DNA of 64,000 nucleotides from contig CBDCVK010000008.1 of assembly GCA_965223005.1 (NCBI GenBank), forward strand, positions 160,001-224,000, read 5' to 3'. How positions within the stretch are numbered: the first letter of the stretch is position 1; the number at the start of each line of letters is the position of its first letter. This document shows positions 31,686 to 42,527 of this stretch, piece by piece. The position numbers were made by a program, and so were the translations under genes. Under the pieces are notes generated by a model that had not been told where the DNA came from, ran no database searches, and saw only the letters and a program-made list of their open reading frames with translations. Source of the DNA: Terriglobia bacterium (lineage in GTDB: Bacteria > Acidobacteriota > Terriglobia > JAJPHL01 > JAPKYU01).

Positions 31686-34600
31686 GCCGATGCCCCGGAA
31701 AACTGTTCCGGATTGTGGTGCTCGGCTTTTTGGTTTGGTTGTCCCCGGATGCAGCGTGGGCCCAATCTTCCCAGGCGATGCTGCTCGGACGGGTGAGCCA
31801 GGAGACCACCGGCGAGCCGGTCGCCAAGGCGCTGGTGATCCAGCGCAATCTCCAGACCAACGTCCAATCCTACCGGTACACGAACGAGCAAGGGCTGTAT
31901 TCCTTCCCCACGCTGCAGCCCGGGACCTATAGCGTCCGGGTGGATGCCCTGGGATTCCGGCCGGAGGAGCGCTCGCCCGTCGAGCTCCCGGTGGGAGCGC
32001 GCCTCGAGTTGAATTTTGCCGTGAAGGGGGGGCGCGGCTCCGCCCACGGCGCCAGCCACGCCGGCAGCGGCCCCTGCCGGAGCCACCCCAAGCAAGATCC
32101 TGGCGCTCATGTACGGGGCCGATGCCGCCGTGCCGCAGGCGGTGATGATCAGCCTGCCGGCGCAGGCCACCGAAACGCTGGTGGCCACGGTGTCTAGCCT
32201 GATTGATGAGCGGAAGATCCTGGAGTTGCCGCTCTCCGGCCGTGACGTCTACACCCTCCTGGCGCTGCAGCCCGGCGTGACGTCCGACAGTGCAACCTCG
32301 CGCGGCTTGGGCTTTTCCGTGCATGGGCAGCGCGTCGCCAGTTCTAATTTCCTGCTGGATGGCGTGGACAACAACGACCTGCTGGTGACCGGTCCGTCGG
32401 CCAGCGTCTCGGCTGACGCGGTGAAGGAATACCGCATGGCCACCAACAACTTCGCGGCGGAGTACGGCCGCTCCTCGGGCTTCATCGCCAACGCCATCAC
32501 CCGCAGCGGAACCAACAGTCTGCACGGGAGCTTGTACGAGTTTTTCCAGCACGACCGGCTAAACGCCAATTCCTTCGTTAAACAACCTCGATGGACTGCC
32601 ACGCGAGCTGTTTCGGCAGAACCAGTTCGGGGCCTCTGTAGGTGGCCCGCTGCGGCGCGACCGCCTGTTTTTCTTCGGCAACTTTGAGCGTATCCAGTTT
32701 TCCAGCCGAACCCAGCCGTTCGATCTGTTCCTGCCCAGCCCCCAGTTTGTTGACTCGCTGTTCGAGGGCAGCATGGCCAAGCAGTTGCTGACTCAGTTTC
32801 CGCCGCCGCCGGGTGAGCCCATCCCGGGCATCGGATTCGCCGTCAGGCAACAGTTTGCCTTTCCCTCCCCGCAGCGAAACACTTTCGCCCTGGGACGACT
32901 GGACTACAGTTCTGCCGACGGACGGCAACGCCTCAGTGGGCGCTACGCCTTTTCCCAGCAGACGAACGAGGATTTCGTCACCAGCCCCTATCCGGACCTG
33001 AATTCCCCGCTGGTCGTACGAGGGCAAAATTTCGTCACCAACTACACCAGGGAACTGGCCGGCGGCTCTAACGAGCTGAAGTTCGGGTTCAACCGCAAGA
33101 GCGTGCGGACGCTGCGTCCCCACCCGGAGATTCCCACCATCGGCTCCGGGGACGGCATCGCGCTGCCGGGCAGCGAATCCGCATTGGACTATTTCGTTCG
33201 CGACGCCGTCTTTCATGTGGTGAATAACTACAGCCGACTGAGCGGCAGGCACGCGCTGGGGCTGGGCTTTGAGGTGCGACCGACCCGGCACGAGTCGCTG
33301 CTTTCGACGGCACGCGACGGCTTCTACATTTTCAACAATATTTTCAGCTTCCTGTTTGACGATCCCTCGTTTCTGCTGATCACGCTGAACCGGCAGACCG
33401 GTCAGGTGGCCCCCGACGACGACTACCGTCGCTTCTACAGCCAGAGGGACTTTGCCGCGTTCTTCCAGGACAACTGGAAGTTGACGCGCCGGTTAACGCT
33501 TAACCTGGGGCTGCGCTACGAGTATTTTGGTGTGCCGGTGCCCCGGGAGAACACGCGCGATTTCAACTTCGCGTTTGGGAACGGGCAGAATATCGGCGAG
33601 CGCATCGCCAACGGCCAGCTCGAAACCGGCCCGGTATTCCATCCCGACCGCAATAATTTTGCCCCCCGCTTCGGCTTCGCCCTCGACCTGTTCGGCAACG
33701 GCAAGAGCGTGCTGCGCGGCGGCTACGGTCTGTTTTACGATCGGGTGTTCAATAACTTCTGGCTAGACGTCCGCAGCAACACCCTCGATCTCCACACCCT
33801 GGCGAACCTGCCCGGGCTGCCCTTGCAGTTCGAGTACACCTTTCCAGCGGGGGATGGAGTGCGCGAGCCTGGAATGCCCTCGCAGGGGGTAAACGTTGTC
33901 GCGGTGGACCGCGATCTCCGCACGGCATACAGCCAGAGCTGGTTTCTTGGCTTCCAACGGGAGCTGACGCCGAACCTGCTGCTGGAAGTGAACCAGGCCG
34001 GTTCGCTCGGCCGCAAGCTGGCCACCGCGGACGTCATCAACCGAATCTTTTCAATTCCATTGACGGAAGGGAACTTCACTGGCCGCTACAATCCCGACTT
34101 GCCGGACATCACCTACCGCGCCAACCAGGGCCATTCCGATTACGTGGCTCTGGAAGTGGGGCTGACCCGCCGCTGGAGCAAAGGGGTGCAGTTTCAGGGT
34201 TCCTACACTTACAGCCGCACTAGGGACGTGCAGAGCGATCCCCAGGGGCGGGTCGCTCTCGCTCAAAGGGGCCGACGTCAGCTCCTTTCTGACCCCTTCT
34301 CTACACTTCAGGGCGGTTTCTTCACCCGGCAGTTTGACTCGAGCGCCGACTATGGGCTTTCCGATTTCGACCAGAGGCACAACCTGGCGATCAATTTCGT
34401 CGCCGAGGCTCCCAAATTCCGCGGCTGGCGGCGCGTGTTCGGCCGCTGGCAGGCGGCCGCCCTGGCTGGCTTCCGTTCCGGGTTTCCTTTCTCCGTCCTC
34501 AGTACCGAACTATTCATTCCCCAAAGCGGCGGCCTGCTCCTCTTGAACCGCGCCGATTTCCTGGGCCAGGACCACGACGAAGCCATTCTTTCCAACCCTC

Positions 34601-34963
34601 CTCAGATTCGGGGCGGGGTGGTTCTGCTCGACAAGTCCAAATTCCGCGCGCCCACCGACGGCGCAATCGGTAGCGCTCCGCGCAACGCGTTTCGCGGCCC
34701 CGGCTTTTGGAACGTGGATTTCGCTCTCAGCCGCAGCTTTGCTCTGCCCCCCCCTGGGGGAACAGGGGCGGCTGCAGTTTCGCGCCGAGTTCTTCAATCT
34801 GTTCAACCATACCAACCTGAACAATCCCAACGCCGTCCTGCAATCCTCTACGTTTGGCGAGGCCACCTTTGGCCGGCAGGGATTTGGCTCTGTGCTGCCG
34901 AGTGTTTCTCCGCTCAGCGAGCAACCGCGCCGCATCCAGTTCGGCGTGAAGATCTATTTCTAG
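31682..34963 (+). pseudogene. Oar-type TonB-dependent receptor with carboxypeptidase-regulatory-like N-domain, three +1 frameshifts
   Basis: TNEQGLYSFPTLQPGTYSV; LPLSGRD, NFLLDGVDNND, AEYGRSSG, TRSGTN..HGS; FQDNWK..LTLNLGLRYE, NNFAPRFG, RGGYG; FRAEFFNLFNHTN...PRRIQFGVKIYF. Shifts at G7 (32026-32), A-run (~32581) and C8 (34747-54). Confidence 0.88.
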
Positions 34964-35025
34964 CCGCCTGCTGGTCAGGGGTATCCGGCCCCAGTTCAAT
35001 CAGGTTGGTTCTCGTTCAAGGCAGG

Positions 35026-36417
35026 TTACTGCGACCCAGAGTCTTCGGAACTTGCGTGGGAGACCGGCAGCGCAAAAATGTCCTGGTTGCAGGAACAGGG
35101 AGTATCAGGACCGTTGCCGGTCCAGGCGATGTGGGTCACGGGGGTCGTGGAGGCGACTCCAATGTAGTCGCCGATAAAGGCGGTGCCGCCCGGCGTGGTC
35201 TGGCTTTCTCCGTCAAACGGGGTGTCGGTTACGTTCAGCGACTCCCAGCTTGCGCCGCCATCGCCGCTCCAGGAGTAAGTAACAAAGTTGAGGTGGTTGC
35301 CGGGGTCGCGGCTGCGGTCGTAAAACACCAGGTCCAGCCGGCCATCGGGGCTGGCCGAAATAGCTGGGAAGAACTGCTCGCCTGTGCTGGTCGCCGTCAC
35401 CTGCGCCGGCTCCGACCAACGGTCGGTCTCCCCGAGGGCGGCCGTAGAGACTAGCATGGTCGAAACGCCGTCCCGGCGATCGTTCCACACCACCACCAGC
35501 CGATTGTGCACTGGAGCGAACAGACCCACAGGAAAGCTGACGACGCGGTAGGTGGTGTTCGGCAATTGCCCGGTGACCGGATTCTGAAACAGCGCCACCC
35601 GGCGTGGCTCACCAAAACTGCGGCCGCCGTCGCGGGATTCCGCCAGGTAGATGCCGCTAGAGGTCATTCCGGGCTCTTGAGCGACGAAGGTGACGTAGAG
35701 CGTCCCGCCCGGTCCGGTGAACGGCACCGCATTCTGAGTGAAGCCTGCCGGCCAGTTGGTTACCATCGTCGGCGGGGAAAAGCTGTCAGCCTCCGGTCGC
35801 AGATAAGTGAGCAAGACCGAGGGTGTCTCGCTGTTCTCCTGCTCCTGCCCCCAGGCAACATACAGCGTGCCGAAGTGCGGGCTGGCGGGGCGGGAATCGG
35901 TAGTCACAGCCGCGCGGTCCGGCACGTGCCGGTGCGCGGGGCGGTCCCGCTCTTCGCGGTGGCCTCGATAGCCCACCAGCAACCGGGGCCAGCTCTGGCC
36001 GCCATCTTGGGAGACGGCTACCAGTAGGGACGCCTCAAAGGGCGCGGTGATGTTGAAGGCCTGCACAACCGCATAGGCTGTGCCATCCGGGCCAAAATGG
36101 AACGCAGGATCCCCGGCGACCTGGAACGGCCCCTCGCTTCCCACCACGCCCGGGATCAGCGCCGGCGGCGACCAGGTGCGGCCGCCATCAAAGGAATAGC
36201 TGTAGCCGACCCCCTGCTGCTCTTCCCAATCGTTCCAGCCAGCCAGCAGGTTCAACGGATTGGTGGGGTTGACGACCAGGCTGACCTCGTTGTCCGTCAG
36301 TTGGTCGGCCGAGACGTTGACCACTTCTCCGACACGCGGTGGTGGGGCCGCTGCCACATGGGCCACCAACAGCCCGAAGGCCAACAGCCATGCGCCGAGG
36401 ATGCGCCGTCGTTTCAA
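35026..36417 (-). CDS. Secreted BNR/Asp-box (sialidase-like) beta-propeller protein
   Basis: Signal peptide; SFDGGRTW, SQDGGQSW, SRDGGRSF, SGDGGASW Asp-boxes; QFFP; FIGDYIG. Confidence 0.85.
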   Translation of the reverse strand: MKRRRILGAWLLAFGLLVAHVAAAPPPRVGEVVNVSADQLTDNEVSLVVNPTNPLNLLAGWNDWEEQQGVGYSYSFDGGRTWSPPALIPGVVGSEGPFQVAGDPAFHFGPDGTAYAVVQAFNITAPFEASLLVAVSQDGGQSWPRLLVGYRGHREERDRPAHRHVPDRAAVTTDSRPASPHFGTLYVAWGQEQENSETPSVLLTYLRPEADSFSPPTMVTNWPAGFTQNAVPFTGPGGTLYVTFVAQEPGMTSSGIYLAESRDGGRSFGEPRRVALFQNPVTGQLPNTTYRVVSFPVGLFAPVHNRLVVVWNDRRDGVSTMLVSTAALGETDRWSEPAQVTATSTGEQFFPAISASPDGRLDLVFYDRSRDPGNHLNFVTYSWSGDGGASWESLNVTDTPFDGESQTTPGGTAFIGDYIGVASTTPVTHIAWTGNGPDTPCSCNQDIFALPVSHASSEDSGSQ

Positions 36418-37796
36418 GGTCTCAGGTCTCTCGCCTTGGCAACGGCAGCCAGGAACCGCGCTACCGTCTCCGCGCCGCGGAAAAAATTCGACAGGGTGAA
36501 CTTCTCGTTGGGGGCGTGCAGGTTGTCATCCGGCAAGCCAAAACCCATCATCACCGTCGGAATCTTCAGGTGCTCGCCGAACAGTGCCACCACCGGGATG
36601 GAGCCCCCCGACCGCACGAACACCGTCTTGCGCCCATACACCTTGGCGAAGACCCTCGCCGCGTGCTTCAGGTAGGGGTTGTCCGGGTTGATAAGCAGCG
36701 GCCGCGCATCGTTCAGGACACGGAGCTTGAGCTTGACTCCCGGAGGCGCCAGTTCCGCCACCCGCCGCTCCAGCGCCGCAATGACCTCTTGCGGTTCCTG
36801 GTTGGGCACCAGGCGAATGCTGAACTTGGCGGTGGCTCGGGCGGGTATCACGGTCTTGGCGCCGGGGGCCACGTAGCCGCCCACGATGCCGTGAATGTCC
36901 ATGGTGGGACGGGCCCACATGCGCTCCAGCGGGTCGCGCTTCTCTCCGACCAGCGCCGTCGAGCCGATCTCCTCGGTGCGCATTCGGTCGGCATCAAAGG
37001 GCAGCCTGCGCCAGCTGGCGCGCTCGCTGCGCGCCGGCGGCTGGATGCTGTCGTACAAGCCCGGAATGCGGATCTTGCCGTCCGCGGTTTTCAACTCCGA
37101 CAGAACCCAGCAGAGCGCGTTGAACGGATTGGGTGCCACGCCGCCGTACAGCCCGGAGTGCAGGTCGTGCGCCGCCCCTTCCGCCTCCAGCTCGGCATAC
37201 ACCAGGCCGCGCAACCCGATGCACAGCGTGGGCAGGTCCGGGGCGAACAGCTCGGTATCGGAAACCAGCGCGGCGTCAGCTTGCAGCTTCTCGGCTGATC
37301 GGGCCACGTAGTCGCTGATGGCGGCGCCACCTGTCTCCTCTTCGCCTTCCAGGATGAATTTCAGGTTCAGCGGCAGCCGGCCTGCGGTGGCCAGCAGCGC
37401 TTCGACCGCTTTGAGCTGGATCATCACCTGGCCCTTGTCGTCGGCGGCCCCACGGGCGTAGATGTTCCCGTTGCGAATGGCCGGCTCAAACGGCGGCGAG
37501 TTCCATTCATCCAGCGGGTCGGGTGGCTGCACGTCGTAGTGGCCGTAGCAGAGGATGGTGGGCGCACCCTCGACCCCACTATGCTCCCCATAGACCAGCG
37601 GATGGCCGCTGGTCTCGATCAGCTCCGCGTGCTCGATTCCCGCCTTCTTGAGTGCCTGGGCGACAAACTCGGCGCCCCGCCGCACTTCGGCCTTGTACTC
37701 AGGATTCGTGCTGATGCTGGGGATGCGCAGGAATTCAGTGAGTTCCTGCAGCCAGGCATCGCGTTTTCGTTCGATGTATTGTTGCAGCGAGTCCAT
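36414..37796 (-). CDS. M20 family dipeptidase
   Basis: YGHYDVQP, ARGAADDKGQ, EGEEE, DLHSG.YGG, GGSIP, HAPNEKF; RBS AAGGAG. Confidence 0.93.
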   Translation of the reverse strand: MDSLQQYIERKRDAWLQELTEFLRIPSISTNPEYKAEVRRGAEFVAQALKKAGIEHAELIETSGHPLVYGEHSGVEGAPTILCYGHYDVQPPDPLDEWNSPPFEPAIRNGNIYARGAADDKGQVMIQLKAVEALLATAGRLPLNLKFILEGEEETGGAAISDYVARSAEKLQADAALVSDTELFAPDLPTLCIGLRGLVYAELEAEGAAHDLHSGLYGGVAPNPFNALCWVLSELKTADGKIRIPGLYDSIQPPARSERASWRRLPFDADRMRTEEIGSTALVGEKRDPLERMWARPTMDIHGIVGGYVAPGAKTVIPARATAKFSIRLVPNQEPQEVIAALERRVAELAPPGVKLKLRVLNDARPLLINPDNPYLKHAARVFAKVYGRKTVFVRSGGSIPVVALFGEHLKIPTVMMGFGLPDDNLHAPNEKFTLSNFFRGAETVARFLAAVAKARDLRP

Positions 37797-38060
37797 CCCG
37801 CTCCTTTGACGTCAGCATGAAGTTCGGATATTGGCAATCTTCCGCAAACTTCCAGTATACATCCGTCCAGCTTCATTCACCGGCTCAGGCGCCCGCCCCG
37901 AGGGCCTCCCAACCATGCCGCGCCTCGTGCAGCGGCACAAGAGCCTTTTCGCTCCTGCCAGTTCACTTTCTGGTTCCCTGGCTGGCTTCGAGGGGGTCCA
38001 GAGCATGATTTGGACTGTGTCCACTCTGGATGGGAAGGCCCGGCTTGCGCCGGAGCAGCC

Positions 38061-38618
38061 TCAGCGCTTCGAGCGCGATCGCCCAGGCTTTCGGGCTCGC
38101 TGCCAGAGCTGTTCGCGACACGATTCCAGCTCCTGCTCGGTGACCGCTTTCTCTCGCTCCAGAAACTGAACCAATGCCAGCAGGTAGTTGCCCAACTTCT
38201 GGCGTCCGTCCAGCAGGCCGTTGGCAGCATTCTTCACGTCGGCTGCCGACTGCGGCCCCTGGTAGCGCCGCGCGCCATTGGCCATGGAATTCAGGCTCAT
38301 TTCCAGGTGTTGTATCGCAAGGTACATGTGGAGGGCGGCGCTGAGCCGTATGGGCTCGTCAACCAGGCGCTTCAAGACCGGCTCAATATCTGTTATCTGT
38401 CGCCGGGTGGAAGCCGCCACCGCCAGAAAGTTCGACGACCCGGGCCCGCGCCAGGCTGGGACCTCAAGCTGGTACAGCGCCGCGCCCGAGTTATTTAACT
38501 CAGCCAGCAGCTGTTCCAGCGCCTGCCGGGCTTCCTGGGGGGCCGGTGCGCTGGAGCCGGCCGGCTCCTGCGGCGGCGCTCCCAAAACCATTGCTAGAAG
38601 TAGAATTGTGCCGGTCAT
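38061..38618 (-). CDS. Hypothetical exported helical protein
   Basis: MTGTILLLAMVLGA signal-like N-terminus followed by coiled-coil-like helices; start inferred. Confidence 0.6.
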   Translation of the reverse strand: MTGTILLLAMVLGAPPQEPAGSSAPAPQEARQALEQLLAELNNSGAALYQLEVPAWRGPGSSNFLAVAASTRRQITDIEPVLKRLVDEPIRLSAALHMYLAIQHLEMSLNSMANGARRYQGPQSAADVKNAANGLLDGRQKLGNYLLALVQFLEREKAVTEQELESCREQLWQRARKPGRSRSKR

Positions 38619-38730
38619 CGTGGGTAGTAAGCGTAGCATTACTCTGCCCGGTTCCAACAAGCCCAACATGGCGCAAACGCGGATTGGGCTGCTGAACCCA
38701 CTAAGTACCGTGTGTTGTCCGCTTACTGGG

Positions 38731-38759
38731 TTGACAACGGCGCCTGGATTGCCTAACCT
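38731..38759 (+). promoter_or_regulatory. his operon sigma70 promoter
   Basis: TTGACA, 17-nt spacer, TAACCT. Confidence 0.75.
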
Positions 38760-38768
38760 AAACAGGTT

Positions 38769-38837
38769 GTGGCTATCCTGGTCCATCACGCGCATCGGAC
38801 GCATCACCACCCCACGTGTGTGAGCCGGGACGCCTAG
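38769..38837 (+). CDS. hisL: His-rich leader peptide of the his attenuator
   Basis: GTG-initiated MAILVHHAHRTHHHPTCVSRDA*, 6 His codons, between promoter and terminator upstream of hisI. Confidence 0.8.
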   Translation: MAILVHHAHRTHHHPTCVSRDA

Positions 38838-38861
38838 CAGAAGCAATTTTTCGAAAAGCAG

Positions 38862-38898
38862 AAGAGGCCCGGCGGCAATAACGTCGGGCCTTTTTGTT
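38862..38898 (+). terminator. Attenuator terminator hairpin
   Basis: AAGAGGCCCGGCG-GCAATAA-CGTCGGGCC-TTTTTGTT immediately upstream of hisI. Confidence 0.8.
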
Positions 38899-38909
38899 GG
38901 ATACGGAAC

Positions 38910-39311
38910 ATGAACCTAGACTTTTCCAAGCTGGACGGACTGGTGGCGGCCGTGGTCCAAGACAGCGCCTCCCGCGACGTGCTGATGGTGGGCTTCATGA
39001 ATGCGGAAGCTTTCCAGCGCACACGCCAGACCGGGTTTGTCACCTTCTACAGCCGCACCCGGCGCTGCCTGTGGACCAAAGGCGAAACCTCCGGCCACCG
39101 CCTCGCGGTCGACGAGATTCGAGTGGACTGCGACCAGGACACCGTAGTGGTGCTGGCTCGCCAGACCGGCACCGCCACCTGCCACCTGGGCTACCGCAGC
39201 TGTTTCTTCCGACGCCTGGATGGCGAGGCGCTGCTGGAGATTGAGCGCCCGGTGATTCCCTCCAACGCGCCGGCAGCTTCGGACCCGAAGACAGGAGAAG
39301 TACGCTCATGA
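38910..39311 (+). CDS. hisI: Phosphoribosyl-AMP cyclohydrolase
   Basis: [37 protein letters not shown]; no HisE domain. Confidence 0.95.
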   Translation: MNLDFSKLDGLVAAVVQDSASRDVLMVGFMNAEAFQRTRQTGFVTFYSRTRRCLWTKGETSGHRLAVDEIRVDCDQDTVVVLARQTGTATCHLGYRSCFFRRLDGEALLEIERPVIPSNAPAASDPKTGEVRS

Positions 39312-40177
39312 AACTGCGGCTGGGCATTCCCAAGGGCAGCCTGCGAGAGGCCACCGTGGACCTGTTCGGCCGCGCCGGCTACCGGATCCAGGTCAACCCG
39401 CGCTCCTACTTCCCATCGGTGGACGATCCGGAGCTGGAGCTGATGCTCATCCGCGCCCAAGAGATGTCGCGCTATGTGGAAGACGGCGTCCTGGACGCCG
39501 GCCTGACCGGGCACGACTGGATCCTGGAGAACGAGTCCGACGTGGTCAAGATCGCAGACCTGATTTACGCCAAGCAAAGCTTCGGCAAGGTGCGCTGGGT
39601 GCTGGCCGTTCCGGAAGCTTCCGCGGTCAGGGACCCGCGCGACCTGGAAGGCAAGATTGTCGCCACCGAACTGGTCCGCGGCACCGAGCGCTACCTGGCC
39701 TCCCACGGCGTGAAGGCGAAGGTGGAATTTTCCTGGGGCGCCACCGAGGTGAAACCCCCGGTGCTGGCCGACGCCATCGTCGAAGTCACCGAGACCGGTT
39801 CGTCTTTAAAGGCCAACAACCTGAGGATCGTGGATACGGTGCTGGAATCGAACACTCAACTTATCGCCAACCGGCTGTCGTGCGCCGATGCCTGGAAGCA
39901 GGGGAAGCTGGAGAGCATCCGGATGCTGCTGGAGGGGGCCATCGAAGCCTACGGCAAAGTGGGGCTAATGCTCAACGTGCAGCAGCAAGACCTGGAGACC
40001 GTGTTGACACTGCTGCCATCGCTGCGCGGGCCCAGCGTCTCGCCGCTGAGCGAAACGGGGTGGGTGGCGATCAACACAGTCCTCGATGAGCGGGTAGCCC
40101 GCGACATCATCCCCAAGCTGCGACAGGCCGGGGCGCAGGGGATTGTCGAGTACCCGCTGAACAAGATCATCGAGTAG
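39308..40177 (+). CDS. hisG: ATP phosphoribosyltransferase (long form)
   Basis: [39 protein letters not shown]-terminal regulatory domain. Confidence 0.95.
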   Translation: MKLRLGIPKGSLREATVDLFGRAGYRIQVNPRSYFPSVDDPELELMLIRAQEMSRYVEDGVLDAGLTGHDWILENESDVVKIADLIYAKQSFGKVRWVLAVPEASAVRDPRDLEGKIVATELVRGTERYLASHGVKAKVEFSWGATEVKPPVLADAIVEVTETGSSLKANNLRIVDTVLESNTQLIANRLSCADAWKQGKLESIRMLLEGAIEAYGKVGLMLNVQQQDLETVLTLLPSLRGPSVSPLSETGWVAINTVLDERVARDIIPKLRQAGAQGIVEYPLNKIIE

Positions 40178-40183
40178 GTGGAA

Positions 40184-40211
40184 ATCCGCAGATTGCGAGA
40201 AATCTGCGGAT
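40184..40211. repeat. Intergenic palindromic REP-like element, CCGCAGAT family, copy 1
   Basis: ATCCGCAGATT-gcgaga-AATCTGCGGAT. Confidence 0.8.
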
Positions 40212-40230
40212 CTAAGAATTCCTTGAGCCA

Positions 40231-41454
40231 ATGCGCATTCTTTCGCAGTCCCGCGACATTGAGCGCTTCCTGGCCAGCCGGCGCTTGGCACTGGCTCGCG
40301 CCGAGGCGGTGGCCCGCCCGATCCTGGAGGCGGTGCGACGGCGAGGCGACCGCGCCCTGGCCGCCTACACCCGGCGCCTGGACGGCTACCGCGGACCGCT
40401 GCGCCTGAATTCCGCTTCGTTGACACGGGCCTGGAGACAGACGCCACCGGAGTTGCGGCGCGCCCTGCGGCAGGCAGAACAAAATATCGCCCGCTTCGCC
40501 CGCCTGCAAATGCCGAGCCAGTGGCGCCGCCGGGTGGGCCGGGGCAGCTTCGCCGGGCAATTGGTACGGCCGCTGGCGAGCGTGGGCTGCTACGTTCCCG
40601 GCGGGCGCTTCCCCTTGTTCTCGACCGCGCTGATGACGGCTGTTCCTGCCCGTGTGGCCGGCGTCGAGCGCGTTTACGTCGCCTCGCCCCGCGCGGCTCC
40701 GCTGGTGCAGGCGGCCGCACATGTGGCCGGCGTCACAACTGTCTTGGCCGTGGGTGGCGTGCAGGCCATTGCCGCGCTTGCCTACGGCACCGAGACCGTG
40801 CCTCGGGTGGACAAGATTGTCGGCCCAGGCAACCTCTACGTCACCGCCGCCAAGAAGCTGCTGGCCGGCGAGGTGGCGATTGAGTTTCTGGCCGGACCGA
40901 CCGAGGTGGTGCTGGTGGCCCGGGACGGCAACCCCGCCTGGCTGGCCGCCGACCTGATGGCGCAGGCCGAACACGATCCCCAGGCGGCAGCGATTCTGGT
41001 GACTCCCTCGCGCGCTCTGGCTAAAGCTGTGACACGGAAGATCCCGCCGCGCTGGAAGAACTGCACGGCGCTGCTGGCCGGCAGCCTCACGCAGGCGCTG
41101 GATCTGGCCAACCGCATCGCTCCGGAACACCTCTCGCTGGCCGACCCCCGCTGGGTGAAGCAGGTACGCAATGCCGGCAGCGTATTCCTGGGGCCGTTCA
41201 GCCCGGAAGCCGCCGGCGACTACGCCACCGGGCCGAACCACGTGCTGCCAACGGTCGGGGCGGCGCGCATCCGCGGAGGGTTGTCGGTGCTGGATTTCGT
41301 TAAGATCATCACCGTGCAGCAACTGACACCCGCCGGCCTGCGCGCCCTGGCACCCACGATCACGACACTGGCGCGCGCCGAAGGGCTGGAGTGGCACGCG
41401 CGCTCCGTGGAGGTTCGCTTTGCGAATGCCGGGCGGCGAGGAGGCGGGCGATGA
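40231..41454 (+). CDS. hisD: Histidinol dehydrogenase
   Basis: GCYVPGG, GGVQAIAALAYGT, GPGNLYVTAAK, AQAEHD, APEHL, GDYATGPNHVLPT. Confidence 0.95.
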   Translation: MRILSQSRDIERFLASRRLALARAEAVARPILEAVRRRGDRALAAYTRRLDGYRGPLRLNSASLTRAWRQTPPELRRALRQAEQNIARFARLQMPSQWRRRVGRGSFAGQLVRPLASVGCYVPGGRFPLFSTALMTAVPARVAGVERVYVASPRAAPLVQAAAHVAGVTTVLAVGGVQAIAALAYGTETVPRVDKIVGPGNLYVTAAKKLLAGEVAIEFLAGPTEVVLVARDGNPAWLAADLMAQAEHDPQAAAILVTPSRALAKAVTRKIPPRWKNCTALLAGSLTQALDLANRIAPEHLSLADPRWVKQVRNAGSVFLGPFSPEAAGDYATGPNHVLPTVGAARIRGGLSVLDFVKIITVQQLTPAGLRALAPTITTLARAEGLEWHARSVEVRFANAGRRGGGR

Positions 41455-42494
41455 AGCCCCGCGACGCCGTGCTGCGCATGCGGCCCTACTCGCCCCCTTC
41501 GGCCGGGCGCGAAGGCCACCTGCGTCTGGACTTCAATGAGAACACGGTGGGCTGCTCGCCGCGCGTGCTCCGCTTGCTCCGCCGGCACCTGAGCCGCGAG
41601 CGGCTGGCCACCTACCCCGAGTACGAGTCGGCCCGCGGCCGGCTGGCTGCCGCATTCGAGCGTGCCCCCGAGGAGACCCTCATCACCAATGGCACCGACG
41701 AAGCCATTCAACTTGCCCTCTCAACCTTTGTGGATGCGGGTCGGCGAGTGATCGTGGCCGAACCGACCTTCGCCATCTATCGGTTTTACGGTTCACTGTC
41801 CGGAGCTGAGGTTGTGGACGTGCATTGTGGTGAAGACCTTGTGTTCCCGGTCGACGCAGTAAGGGAAGAAGCGCGGCGCAACCCGGTCCGGGCCATCTTC
41901 ATTGCTAATCCGAACAACCCGACGGGCACGGCGGTGACCCCGGAAGCGATTGAATCGCTGGCGGCGGAATTTCCCGAGACGCTGGCGCTGGTGGACGAAG
42001 CCTACTTCGAGTTTTACGGACGCACAGTGCTGCCGCTAGTGGAGCGCTACCGGAACCTGCTGGTGTCGCGCACTTTTTCCAAGGCCTACGGGCTGGCCGC
42101 GCTGCGGATCGGGTGCCTGTTCGCTCACCCTGAAACCGCAGCCTCGATGGCCAAAGCGCAGTCGCCCTATAGTGTCAACTCGCCGGCGCTGGCGGCGGCG
42201 CTGGAAGCGGTCTCGGACCGCGAATACGTGCAGAAATATGTTGCAGGAGTGCTGCGCTCCCGCGCGATGTTGGAGCGCGAGTTCCACCGCCGTGGCATTT
42301 CCTACGTGCCTAGCCAGGCCAACTTCATCCTGGCCCGGCTGGGCGAGCGCGCCCGTGCCATCCGCGACGCCCTGCGGACGCGCGGGATCCTGACGCGCGA
42401 CCGTGGCTACGAGCTGCCCGGCAGCCTCCGCTTTACCCTGGGCACCCAGGCGCAAACGCGCCGGCTCATCCAGGCGCTGCGGGATCTGCTCTGA
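41451..42494 (+). CDS. hisC: Histidinol-phosphate aminotransferase
   Basis: LDFNEN, NGTDEAI, NPNNPTG, VDEAYFEF, SRTFSKAYGLAALRIG; RBS GAGGAGG. Confidence 0.95.
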   Translation: MKPRDAVLRMRPYSPPSAGREGHLRLDFNENTVGCSPRVLRLLRRHLSRERLATYPEYESARGRLAAAFERAPEETLITNGTDEAIQLALSTFVDAGRRVIVAEPTFAIYRFYGSLSGAEVVDVHCGEDLVFPVDAVREEARRNPVRAIFIANPNNPTGTAVTPEAIESLAAEFPETLALVDEAYFEFYGRTVLPLVERYRNLLVSRTFSKAYGLAALRIGCLFAHPETAASMAKAQSPYSVNSPALAAALEAVSDREYVQKYVAGVLRSRAMLEREFHRRGISYVPSQANFILARLGERARAIRDALRTRGILTRDRGYELPGSLRFTLGTQAQTRRLIQALRDLL

Positions 42495-42498
42495 GGAG

Positions 42499-42520
42499 GG
42501 ACAGGCATCCTTGCCTGTCC
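42499..42520. repeat. Short intergenic palindrome, REP-like
   Basis: GGACAGGCA-TCCT-TGCCTGTCC between hisC and hisB, no U-tract. Confidence 0.6.
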
Positions 42521-42527
42521 AGAGTTT

